In this document: positions 34,820 to 46,386 of the stretch, in pieces
Layout: every line of letters begins with the position of its first letter
How positions within the stretch are numbered: position 1 is the first letter of the stretch
Source of the DNA: Callorhinchus milii
Taxonomy: Eukaryota
Direction: 5' to 3'
Assembly: GCF_018977255.1 (NCBI RefSeq)
Contig: NW_024704742.1
Coordinates: forward strand, 70,806,001-70,870,000
Length of the DNA: 64,000 nt
Made by a program: the position numbers and the translations under genes
Notes under the pieces: generated by a model
What the model was told of the DNA's origin: nothing
What the model saw: the letters and a program-made list of their open reading frames with translations, nothing else
Database searches by the model: none

Positions 34820-37800
34820 AGAGTGGTCCTAGCTGGACAAGCAGCGAGAAAGCTTGCTAGACAGTGATCTCAAAGACAAGCTATGTGGTTTTAGCTGGTT
34901 AGACTCCAGCAGCAGTTACCCCAACACACACTCCGGGGTCCCCAAGCCTTGATTCTTGCCAACCTGCGCCTAATACTCTATGGAATTAGGTAAGCGGGAT
35001 GTGTCCCTCCAGGGAGAGAGTGCACATTCCATTCCAACAATCTGTTTCTCCATGTGTAGGTGGGATGCATGGAAATCTCAGCTTGGTTTGGATAATCTTA
35101 AGGATAGTGATGATTTCTGCAGGTGTCAGACACCCGGCTGACCAAAAAAAATGATTCTATAGGTAAGAGCCTGGCTCGGTTGCTCTCTCATCTCTGAGCT
35201 AGGAGGTTGTGTATTTGAGCTATCTCGGCTGATGAGAGGTTAAAACTTCAGATGAGACATAAAACTGAGGTCCAGTCTGTGCCTGTTCAAGTGGGCGTTA
35301 CAGATCCCTCGGCTCTATTCAAAAAGAGAAGGGAGTATCTCTCTCTGGGTGTCCTGGCTGATGATAATAATAATCCTTATAGCAATAATCCTTGCATTTG
35401 ATATTGCGTTTATCACAGCTCTTCACAGAATATATTGTAAAGTGAATTCACTGTATAGAGGGCAAAACGCAGCAGCTAATTGTAACAGCTGTTCCCACAA
35501 ACAGTCGTTCATTGAGTAACCACATTTTTTTTTAAGGTATTATTACCCCCGGAAAGCAATCCACCAATTGACTGACAACCAATCGACCTACTTACTGTGG
35601 AATCCTGTAGCTCAGTGGTTAAAGCACTCACCTCGCAAGCGAGAGACCTTGGTTTGATTCACGGCAGGGCGAAACTTTGGGTAAGTTTCCTTATTCCACA
35701 TGCCTCTGTTTACCTAGCACTAAATAAAAACCCGGTTGTTAGTCGATTGGCGGATTGCTTTTCCGGGGGTAATAATTCCTTAAAAAATGTTGGTCACTCA
35801 ATTCACCACTGCTTGTGGGATACTGTTCTGCTCAATTGGCTGTCGCGTTTCATCCACAAAATATTCAGTCAATTCACTTTACAGTATATTCTGTGAAGCG
35901 CTTTGAGATGTCTCAAAGACGTTATAAGGCGCTATATCAAATCCAAGGATTATTATTATTATTACTGCTTGGAAAACAGTGGCTTGTGGAGTACGGAAAC
36001 TTGCCTAATGGTTTCGCCCTGCCTAGGAATCGAACCCAGGTCCTCTCGCTTGCAAGGCAAGTGGAAAATAACCCAGATAAAATCAATCATTCATTTCATG
36101 GCTGTTTGTGGGCCATTGCTGTGTGCAAATTAGCTGCCGTGTTTCGCCCACAAAATACACAACGCTTTACAGTAAATCCTGCAAAGTGCTTTGAGATGCC
36201 TTCCTAACATGAAAGGCGCTATACCGAATGCAGGATCATGAATAATTTCCCTGTAAAAGAATTTGTCTCAACTGTGCTTTACAGCAGAGAATTCCCCATT
36301 CCCAATAGCCATTGGTGTCAAGTTATAATTTTTGTAAACCTCCCCTTTAAATTAGTTTCTCGGGATTATTTTAAATTTGTGCCCCTCTGGTGGTTGACTC
36401 ATCAACGTGTGGAAATAATCCATTTGATCGCTGCTAACCCTGATGGTACTCTATAATTAAGGTGTCATCTTAACTCTCACCTCCACTTTACGCCCTACAT
36501 CGGAGACTTTGAGCTCATAGTCTAGGCTGATGCTCCAGTGCAGTGCCTGGGGGGAGTGAGGCATCGTCAGAGGTGCTATCCTTCGGATGAGATGTTAAAC
36601 TGTGCTTCCATCTGTGCCTGTTCAGGTGTATGTTAAAGATCCCGCGGCTCTACTTATAATAATAATAATAATCCTTGCATTTGATATAGCGCTTTTCACG
36701 TCGGGAGGACGTCCCAAAGCGCTTCACAGAACACACTGTAAAGTCAATTGACTGTATATTTGTGGGCGAACGCGGCAGCCAATTTACTTGAAAAGCAAAG
36801 GGAGTTTCTCTCTCCTGGTGTCTTAGTCAACAATCCCACTGATAAAAATTCACTTCATGGCTGTTTGCGGGGTGTTGCTGTGTGGAAATTGGCTGTCACA
36901 TTCGCCCATAAAATACAGTCACTACACTTTATAATGAAATGCTTTGCAGTACATAGGAGTCTTGTAGCTCAGTGATTAAAGCACTCACCTTGCAAGCGAG
37001 ACACCTGGGTTCAATCCCAGGCAGGGCGAAACCTTGAGCAAGTTTCCTTACTCCACACGCCTAACAATAATCCCTCCAAAACAAAACAATAATAAAAAAT
37101 TGGTCATTTTCAATCCATGACTGTTTGTGGGACACTGCTGTGCGCAATTGGTTGCCGCATTTCACCCACAAATACACAGTCAATTCACTTTACAGTCTAT
37201 TCTGTGAAGCGCTTTGAGACGCCGAGAAGACGTGAAAAGCACTATATCAAATGCAAATTATTATTATTATTATAGGAGATGTCCACCTGATGTAAAAGGC
37301 AAGTTTCCTTACTCGACACACTTCTGTTTATCTAGCAGTAAGTAGGTTGTTAGTCAATTGGCAGATCACTTTCCAGGGGTAATAAGTCCTTAAAAAAAAT
37401 TCCTTTCTAATAATAATAATTTAGTCACTCAATTCACGACTGTTTGTTGGCCACCGATGTGCGCAATTGGCTGCCACATTTCACCCATAAAATATGTAGT
37501 CAATCCACTTTACAGTATATTTTGTGAAGTGCTTTGTGACATCTCAACGATGTGATAAGGTGTTGTATCAAATAAGGATTATTATTATTATCCAATAGCA
37601 ACACGGGATCCTTATCCCCAAATCTCTGGAACTCTGACTCAATCCTCTGTCTTTCCCCCTCTTGTTGCCCAACTTGAAATCACACAGGAAGATTTTCCTC
37701 TTCAACCTACGGTCACCTCCTCCCTTTTCCAGCTCAGGATCAAACCACACCATTGTTAGTAATAATAATAATTCTTGCAATTGATATATAAAATGAAGTG

Positions 37801-38542
37801 ACTGTGTATTTTCTGGGCAAAACGCAGCAGCCAATTGTGCACAGCAGTGTCCCACAAACAGTCGTGAAGATACTATTACCCCCAGAAAGCGATCCGCCAA
37901 TCCACTAACAACCGGGTTCCTACTTACTGTGAGGTAAACAGAGGTGTATGGAGTAAGCAAACTTGCCCACCTAGGAATTGAAGCCAGGTCTTTCGCTTGC
38001 GAGGCGAGCGCCCTAACCACTACGCTACAGGACTCGAATTTAAGCACTCATAGGAAGGGCACTATATAAACACAAGTTGTTGTTGATTTCCAAGACAAGA
38101 CGCTGAGCTCATGGTTGAGACTCAGATGAATTCCAGGACATTAAGAACTTTCCAGAATTCTGGAGGATCTGAAGATTTGTGCTGATGTTAATGAGGCTGG
38201 GACGGGTGCACAGTGATGCCTGGCTTCTCTCTCTTGACGCCTCCCGGGCAGGTGAGCCACAGTGAAGGCTTGTCATGTCAGCCTGCCCACCCGCCCAGTC
38301 ACAGAGCTCCAGCCAGCATCAGTCATGCTACTTATACTGAACCTTCTCCCCACCCCCCCCCCACCCAACAGCACTCCCCCCAGGAGCTCCCAGATGACAG
38401 AAGGCAGATGAGAGATACACATCGGCTCAGCAGCCCCCACGCCCCAGGGGCAGTGAGCAGGCTGGGACACTTTCACTCATCTCAAAGTGAAGGATATCAG
38501 CCCGGTAAGCTCATAATAGTCAGTCAGGTACAGGGCAAACCA

Positions 38543-38790
38543 TGTGTGTGTGAGAGAGAATGTGTGCGCGTGCATGAAACTGTGCGCGTGTGTATCCATG
38601 TGTGTGTGTGAGAGAGAGACTATGTGTGTGTGCTTGTGCATTTGTATATCTGACTGTGTGTGTGTGACTGGATGTTTGTATCTGTGTGTGAGACTATGTC
38701 TGTGTCTGTATGTGCGCACGGGCGTGTGTGTATGACTGTATCTGTGTAAGACTGTGTGCAACTTTATGTGAGTATTTGTGTGTGTGTGTT
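38543..38790 (+). repeat. Imperfect (TG)n low-complexity tract
   Basis: Visible TG-rich run. Confidence 0.9.
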
Positions 38791-39713
38791 TATGTCTAAT
38801 AATACCATATTTGTATTTGATACAACGCCTCATTACTTTTTATTGGATTTTACTGTAAAGTGTAGTGACTGTGTATTTTACCGGTGAACCCCAGTCTGTC
38901 ACCGACAAACAGAGAGATATTTAAACCACCGCTGCCCACACTGGCTTTCCCGCTCATTTGTTCACACTCTTCCTTTCTCCCTTGTTCGTTCACACTCCAC
39001 ACACCCCCACCCCGGCCCCCCTGGCTCCCCCCGGCCTCCGGGGGGAGGAGGTTACTGTTTACATGGCAGAGAGTTGACAGATGGTGCTGACACGGAATTC
39101 ATGTCTCTAGCCTGGGGCTGGCTGACTTCAGACCCAGCCCTTGCTCTGTGTTTAGCAACGAATTCCACATCGAGATCCAACCAGTAATTACAAGTAAATC
39201 ACCGGCTGTACCCCCGGCACCCAGCACTGGCATTAAAATGGCAGAGCTTGGGCAGTGTTCCCAGGGCTCCCACCACCCGGAATTAAATACGCATCATAAT
39301 AATACTCTGGTTATTCCTTTCAGTTTTGTGATTTTCCCACCTTCTAGGTAAACAGAGGCGTGTGGAGAAAAAAAAAGTATACTGGGTGGGGTGAAATTAG
39401 GTAAATGTTCTTACTCCACACACCTCTGTTTACCTAGCAGTAAGTGGGAACCCGGTTTTTAGTAAATTGGTGGATTGCTTTCCGGGGTTAATAATCCCTC
39501 AAAAAATTAGGTCACTCAATCTATGACTGTTTGTGAGACTCTGCTGGGTGTAATTGGCTACTGTTTTTCGCACACAAGTACAGAGTCAATCCTCTTCACA
39601 ATATAATGATAATAATAATCCTTGCATTTGATATAACGCCTAATCACATCTTTGAGATGACTCAAAGCGCTTCACAAAATATATTATGAATATAAGTGAA
39701 CTGACTATACATT

Positions 39714-40375
39714 TTTGGTCAGCAGGGTGTCTGATACATGCGGAAACTCATCACCAAGCTTAAGAAACCAAGCTGAGAATGCATCCCACCTACACATGGA
39801 AATCCCAGAGATAGATTGTTGGAATGGAATGAGCGCTCTCTCCCTGGAGAGACACATCCTCATCCCCTAATTCCAAAAAGTATTAAACGCAGGTTAGCAA
39901 TATTCAAGGCTTGGGGATCTTAAAGTGTGCGTTGGGGTAACCGATGGAGTCTAACCAACTAAAACCGCACAGCTTAGCCTTGATATCGCTGTCTGGCAAG
40001 CTTTCCCACTGCTTGTCCAGCTAGGACCACCTGACCTGTTAGGGCTTTGGTTTGCAGGGTTAGCAGGAGTCAAGGGAGAGGATTTCCTGCTCCCAGTGAC
40101 TGGTCTGCCCTTCAAAGTCCTGCTGATGTGCCAGGCTGGTTGCGCTGTCTTCAGCAATGCCCTGGAATACTGCGGACCCGCCTGGCTCAGGAACTGGACT
40201 AGAGACCGTCGCGAGGGTGGGCTCAATTCCGACATTCTGTTGCCAAACATGTCACCTTGGAGACAATTCAGGCTCCTCCCAAGGAAGATTGTCATTAGTT
40301 TGTCATTCGACATCTGACAGTTTTGAGCCCTCACTAGGTGGATAGTAGGTACCAGGATCTCCCTGCAAGCTTCGG
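39714..40375 (-). mobile_element. Family X 3' fragment
   Basis: Homologous to ~45800-46386; still largely open (ORF 39951-40430). Other fragments ~9845-10420(-), 12780-12930(-), 15300-15440(-), 26655-27710(-), 33490-33719 + 34822-35150(+), 41770-41923(+), 62185-62575(-). Confidence 0.75.
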
Positions 40376-41923
40376 GGTGGGCAAATTTTCTGTATATTTT
40401 GTGGGCGAAACGTGGCAGGCAATTGCACACAGCAGTGTCCCACAGACAGTGGATGGAGTGACCAAATGTTTTTCTTTTCCTGAAGCCCCCCCCTCAACTC
40501 CCACCCCAGGCAAGAGCTGGTGACAGACAGGCAGAGCTGGGGATCAGGTTTGGAGCACAATCTGAACACAGAGCTGAAAGCTGCCCACAGGGGGTGGAGG
40601 CCTGAGCTGGAATGTGAAAGCAAATGCCATTCGCTCCCCACCACCATTAACAGTCATTTTTGGCGTCTTGGCACTTGAGGAGAGCAGACAGAGAAATGTC
40701 ACTAAACAAATACTTCATAGTAAGATCAACCTCCTGTCTGCAGACCAGCCAAACACTGTCACTGGGTTGATTTCAGGCTCTTCACCATCTACCTATAAAC
40801 AACAACAACAAATTACATTTATATAGCGCCTTTCATATTGGGATGACGTCCCAAGGCACTATACAGTTAAGGGTTTGCAGTCAAGCTGTGGGTTGAAATT
40901 GAGAGTTGGAGGGTAGGAGGGGGTGGAAGTGTGGCCGAAGACACGATCAAAGAGGATGGTATTGAGACGGGCCTTGAAGGAGGCAAGGGAGGTGGCGGAG
41001 GGGCCCTGGGGAGTTCTAGAGGTGGGGTAGAAAGGCTGAAGGCCTGAATGCCAGCAGACAAGCTTCTGACTCAGAGATGAGAGAAGTACCACTGAGCCAG
41101 GCTGACACACACTTCCTAGTCTCTTTCCTGTAATTTCTCCCTACCCCCTGAACCGGTGTTGCTGGGTGTATGAGAGAGTCCTGGGGTTTCTTTTCTTGGG
41201 CCCATTGAGGCTGGTAACCAGCTCTTTGAAGGGTTGTGATCTTCTCAGGAATGCATAGGGTCCTCCAGCCTGGACATTCCTCCCTTTCGAACAATCAAAG
41301 GCACCACACTAATAGACTAGGAACATGCACCGAAAATGTTAGCAGCTTAGGGGCACCTCTGCTACCTGTTAGCGCTTGATTCAAAGCCACTTAACCTCGC
41401 TTTACTTCACTTCCCCTGTAATCAGGCATACTGCCCCCCGCCACACACACAGACACACATGTACACACTGCCCAGCCCCTGTTTAAACTTAAGAGATTCT
41501 CTCCTCCATATATCCTCTCCTGTAACATAGAAACCTACCACACAAGGACATTCAACCCATTGTTTTATTAATTAATTTCTGTATCTCATGTTGTAGTGGT
41601 TTTGCCCACAAAATACAGTCAATTCACTTTACAGTATATCCTGTGAAGCGCTTTGAGGTATCTCAATGACATGATAAAATACGATATCAAATGCAAGTAT
41701 TATTATTATTATTACTATTTTCTGCCCTGGGGGGGTTAAGTATGGATGAGTAGGGTCTCCCCTGCTTAGATGAACTATCCCCAAGATGATGGAATGTCGG
41801 AATCGATCCAGCCCTCCGTGATGGTCTCTAGTCCAGTTCCTGCGCCAGGTGGGTCTGCAGTATTCCAGGGCACTGCTGATGACAGCACAGCCCAGCCTGG
41901 CTCATCAGCAGACAAGGGCAGAC

Positions 41924-42512
41924 AACAACAACAACAGCTTGGATTTATATAGCGCCCTCCACGCCAGACGGTGTCTCAAAGTGCTTTACGGTTTAGTATC
42001 CCGGGGCTGAACCAGGGGGAGGCGGAGGAAGGGGGAGGAAGGTGAGTAAAGGCGCAGTCAAAAAGAGAGGTCTTAGTAGAGACCTGAAAATGGGAAGGGA
42101 GGGAGCGAGACGAAGGGAGTGAGGAAGGCAGTTCCAGAGCCTCGGGGCGTAGTGGCTGAAAGCACGGCCACCGAGGGTGGAGCGGAGGACTCGGGGGACG
42201 AGGAGCAGGCCAGACCCGGAGGAACGAAGGCAATGGGTACTGTGCTGAGGAGAGAGGAGGTCAGAGAGGTAGGGGGGTGTAGAGAAGTGCAGGGACTTGA
42301 ATACAAGGGTGAAGATCTTGAAATCGATCCTCTCTGGGATGGGCAGCCAGTGCAGTCTGGCAAGGACCGGGGTGATCGGGAAGCGGAGTTTGGTGCAGGT
42401 GAGAACGCGGGCGGCAGAGTTCTGAATGAGTTAGATTTTATGGATGGTAGTGGACGGAAGACCGACGAGGAAGACGTTTGAATAGTCCAGCCGAGAGATG
42501 ACAAAGGCATGG
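41924..42512 (-). mobile_element. L2 LINE 3' fragment
   Basis: (CAA)n tail on +, L2 ORF2 C-terminal remnants; same subfamily tail as 2660-2910. Confidence 0.85.
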
Positions 42513-42549
42513 ACCAGTCACTGGGTTGATTTCACCATCGCCTATAAAC

Positions 42550-43115
42550 AAATTACATTATATAGTAGCTTTCACCTTTCATATTGAGATGACACCTGGG
42601 ATATAGCACCTTTCATATTAGGCCAAAGGCACTGTACAGTTAAGGGTTTGCACCCAAGCTGTGGGTTGCAATTGAGGGTTGGAGGGTAAGAGGGGGGTGG
42701 AAGTGTGGCCAAAGGCATGATCAAAGAGGAGGGTCTGGAGACGAGCCTTGAAGGAGGCAAGGGAGGTGCCGGAGGGGCCCTTGGAAGTTCAAGAGGTGGA
42801 GTAGAAAGGCTGAAGGCCCGATTGTCAATGGTGGAGTGGGCTGTGCAGGGGACATGGCGCAGGGCAGTGCCCTCTCTGAGCGGATTGAGCAGACAGGTTG
42901 CTAAGGTGTTAATAGTTTCCAGGGATGGAGAGAAACAAAACCTTGGGAGGGCTTTGAAGCCGAGGACGAGGATTTTGAATTCTATCCACTGGGGGATGGG
43001 GAGCCAGTGGAGGTGGGCAAGGGTGGGGATGATAGGGTCACAGAGCCTGGTGTGGGAAACGACACAGTGTTCTGAACGATCTGCAGCTTGTGGAGGGAAG
43101 AGTTGGGAAGGCCAA
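42550..43115 (-). mobile_element. L2 LINE 3' fragment
   Basis: Homologous to the 3' half of 33720-34819. Confidence 0.8.
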
Positions 43116-44325
43116 CAAGTGGGGATTTGGGGCCCTAAAACCTGGATGTGATGAATGGAATAAGATTCTCTGATGCACCCCTCCTCCCACAGTGCACTGG
43201 GACATCAGCCTACTGAGTATGTAGGGTCAATGTCCCGATGTGGGGGCTTGAACCCACGATCTCCTGTCTTGGAGTCGAGAGTGTTACTGACTGAGCCAAT
43301 CGGGTTGGCATCATGTCAACTTTGCATTGAACACTGGAACAAAATGCAAGTTGGTTCTTTCTCTCTGTCTCTCTTTCTTCTCTGCAGGGTGGGTGTGACC
43401 TGGCCTCCTCTCACACATTAAAGCAACCTCCAGTTTGAGAGCAATCCAGCTGGCTCAGTGACAGAGGCGGATCTCACTCCTGGATTCCTCTGCAGAAGTC
43501 ACACAGAGGTTATGGGTCCACCACACCCATAACATGAGTGCAAAAATCCATCCTGTGGATGAGACATTAAACCAAGGCCCCATCTGCCAGGTGGATGTTT
43601 GGAATACTGCAGCGTGGTGGTTAGAGCACTTGCCTCGCAAACACGAGGACCAGGGTTCGATTCCCGGGCAGGGTGAAACCTTGGCCAAGTTTCCTTACTC
43701 CACACACCTGTTTACCTCGCAGTAAGTACAAACCCGGTTGTTAGTCATTTGGCAGATCACTTTTCTGGGGATAATAATCCCTTAAAAAATAACTAAATCA
43801 AATAATAATTTGATCACTTAATCCACAAATATTTGTGGGACACTCCTGTGTTCAATTGGCTGCTGCATTTCGCCCACAAAATACACTTTACAGTATATTC
43901 TGTGAAGCACTTTGAGACGTCTTAACAGCGTAATAAAGCTCCATAACAAATGCAGGGATTATTATCATCATTATTATTTTCATTATCTTTGTTACTATTA
44001 TTATTTTTATGTTAAAGATCGAAAAGAGAAAGAAGTTTCTCTCCCCACCGCCCCTGTCCTGGTCAACAATCTACCAAATAAAGTTGGTCACTCACTTCAT
44101 TGCTGTTTGTGGGATGTTGCTGTGCGCAAATTGGATGCCACATTCACCCACAAAACACAGTCACTACACTTTACATATACTCGCGCGGTATTAATAGAAA
44201 CTTGTAACATGGATATGTTGGTTAAAAGATACGAAGCAAAGGGTGGGGTAGGTGGTTGTTATTCACAGTGGAGAGATGTAGATAATAATGCCCACCAACA
44301 GTCACTGCTTTTCTCCGTTTATATC

Positions 44326-44755
44326 AACAACAACTTATACTTGTATAGCACCCTTCACATCAGAAAGACATCCCAGGATGCTGGACAGTCAGGGGTTTTT
44401 GAACCCAGGCTGGGTGTTGGGGTTAGGAGGGGTGGAGGGCAGGGGGTATGGAAGTAGGATGGCGGCTGAAGGCATGTTGGAAGAGGAAGGTCTTTTGACG
44501 GGACTGGAAAGAGGCAAGAGAGGGGTGAGGCGTAGGGATTGCAGGATGGAATTCCAGAGTGTGTAGCTGCGATGCTGAATGCCTGATCAGCAATGGTGGG
44601 AAGGGAAACGCGGGGGACCTGAAGAAGGTCAGTGTCCACCAAGCGGGGGGAGTGGACAGGCTGATATGGGGCTAAGAGGTCAAATATGTAGGGGGGAGAA
44701 AGACCGTGGAGGGCTTTGAAGGTGAGAACAATGGTTTTATACTCGATTCGGTCAT
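44326..44755 (-). mobile_element. L2 LINE 3' fragment
   Basis: RIEYKTIVLTFKALHGLSPPYIFDLL on the minus strand; (CAA)n tail. Confidence 0.85.
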
Positions 44756-44779
44756 GAAGATCAAGGAACGTCAGAGATT

Positions 44780-46386
44780 TCAATGTAAATGGACTTACTG
44801 AGCCCAACCATCTGGACAGGCAGGTAAGGCAAGACTGCCCATCGTCATCCACCCTGTTTGATGTGTTCATCAACATTGTGTTCAAAGGCATGGAGGGGGA
44901 AGGAATTGGTGTATCTGTTCATTTCTGATAGGATTGTGGAGCTTCTGTTTGCAGATGATATTGTGCTGCTAGTGACCTCACCTGGAACCTTCTGGGCTGC
45001 ACCCGCCATTTTGAACACTGGGCCAACCGGTGGGGCATGGTGATAGGTGCCCCCAGTGTGGAGTCATGGTTCGAGCGAGTTGATTGAAAGATACAAGGGG
45101 CATCAGTCCTGTCCCAATTGGTGGACTCTAACTTCAGTCTTGACACTGTCCTGAAGGACCGCGCTGAGAAGGGCCAAAGGTCACTCTGGTCATGCTCATC
45201 CCTCTTCAAGAACAGCAAGGTTCCAATGCAGTGGAGAGGCTTCCTCCAACTCATCTGCAAAGTCCAGGATCAAGCTGTGAGGTGGATTTGTGGCAAATAT
45301 GAGAAGTGGCTACAGGAAGGAGGGCTCCTCTGACCTATCACTCATCACCCTGGAGTTGAAGTCGGCTTCACAGCGGGCGTGTCTATTTGGCAAGGCCCTT
45401 CACATTAGGACTTGGAATGAACCACTGGAGCTGAATAAGCCTGGTACGTGGCATTGGACTTGGACCTTGAGAACATCAAGGTGGTTGGCACATCACAAGC
45501 TGCCCTGTAAAGGTCCTCCCACCACACTGAAGGCAGATAGCCATCAGATTGCTGATGAGGCTTGGGGTGACAGCTGCTGGAAGGTGTTACCTGGAGTCCG
45601 AGTTTGTGAACGCATGTTTGTATCTAATACGTGGATTCCACCTTGATTGGCCAGTAGAGAGGGAAGAAGATGCTGCTTAAACTCTGCACCTCCAATTGGT
45701 GGAACCATTGTTCAATGGGAAGGGATGCGTGCCTGAGCTGGGGACAAGAAGATGGTGGCAATCCTCTCATGTATGTCATGCTGAGATACGTCGTCTTCGG
45801 GAAGCTCGCAGGGAGTTCCTTGTACCTACGATCCACATAATAAGGGCTCAAACCCACACTTGTCAGATGGCAAATGACCAACTAGTGACTATGCTCCTTG
45901 GGGGGGAAGGGGGGTAGGTAGACGGGGACTCCTTGGGGCTGAACTGACTCCAAGGTGACATGTTCGGCAACAGAATGTCAGAATTGAGCCAGCCCTCTGT
46001 GATGGTCTCTAGTCAGGTTCCTGCGCCAGGTGGGTCTGTAGTATTCCAGGGCACTGCTGATGACAGTACAGCCCAACCTGGCTCATCAGTTGGACCTGGA
46101 AGGTCAGACCAGTCACTGGGGCAGGGAGTCATCCCGCTCAGCGCCTGATAACCCTGCAAGTCAAAGCTCTAATGGGTTATGTGGTCCAAGCTGGACAAGC
46201 AGTGGCAAAGTTTGTCAGGCAGCAATATCAATGGCAAGCTGTGTGGTTTTAGCTAGACTCCAGCATTTACCCCAACTAACCCTCTGACGTCCTTAGGCCT
46301 TAACTCTTGCGAACCTGTGCCTAATAATTTCTGGAATTAGGTAAGCAGGATGTGTTTCCACAGGTGTCAGACACCTGGCTGATCAA
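44780..46386 (+). mobile_element. Degenerate non-LTR retrotransposon (family X): RT, CCHC-knuckle remnant and 3' end; clade uncertain, not L2/CR1
   Basis: QVRQDCPSSSTLFDVFIN (RQGCP-like motif ~44821) and LLFADD (44942-44959); C-x2-C..H-x4-C remnant clearer in the copy near 26870-27010; ends GTGTCAGACACC.GGCTGA.CAAAA. Confidence 0.75.
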
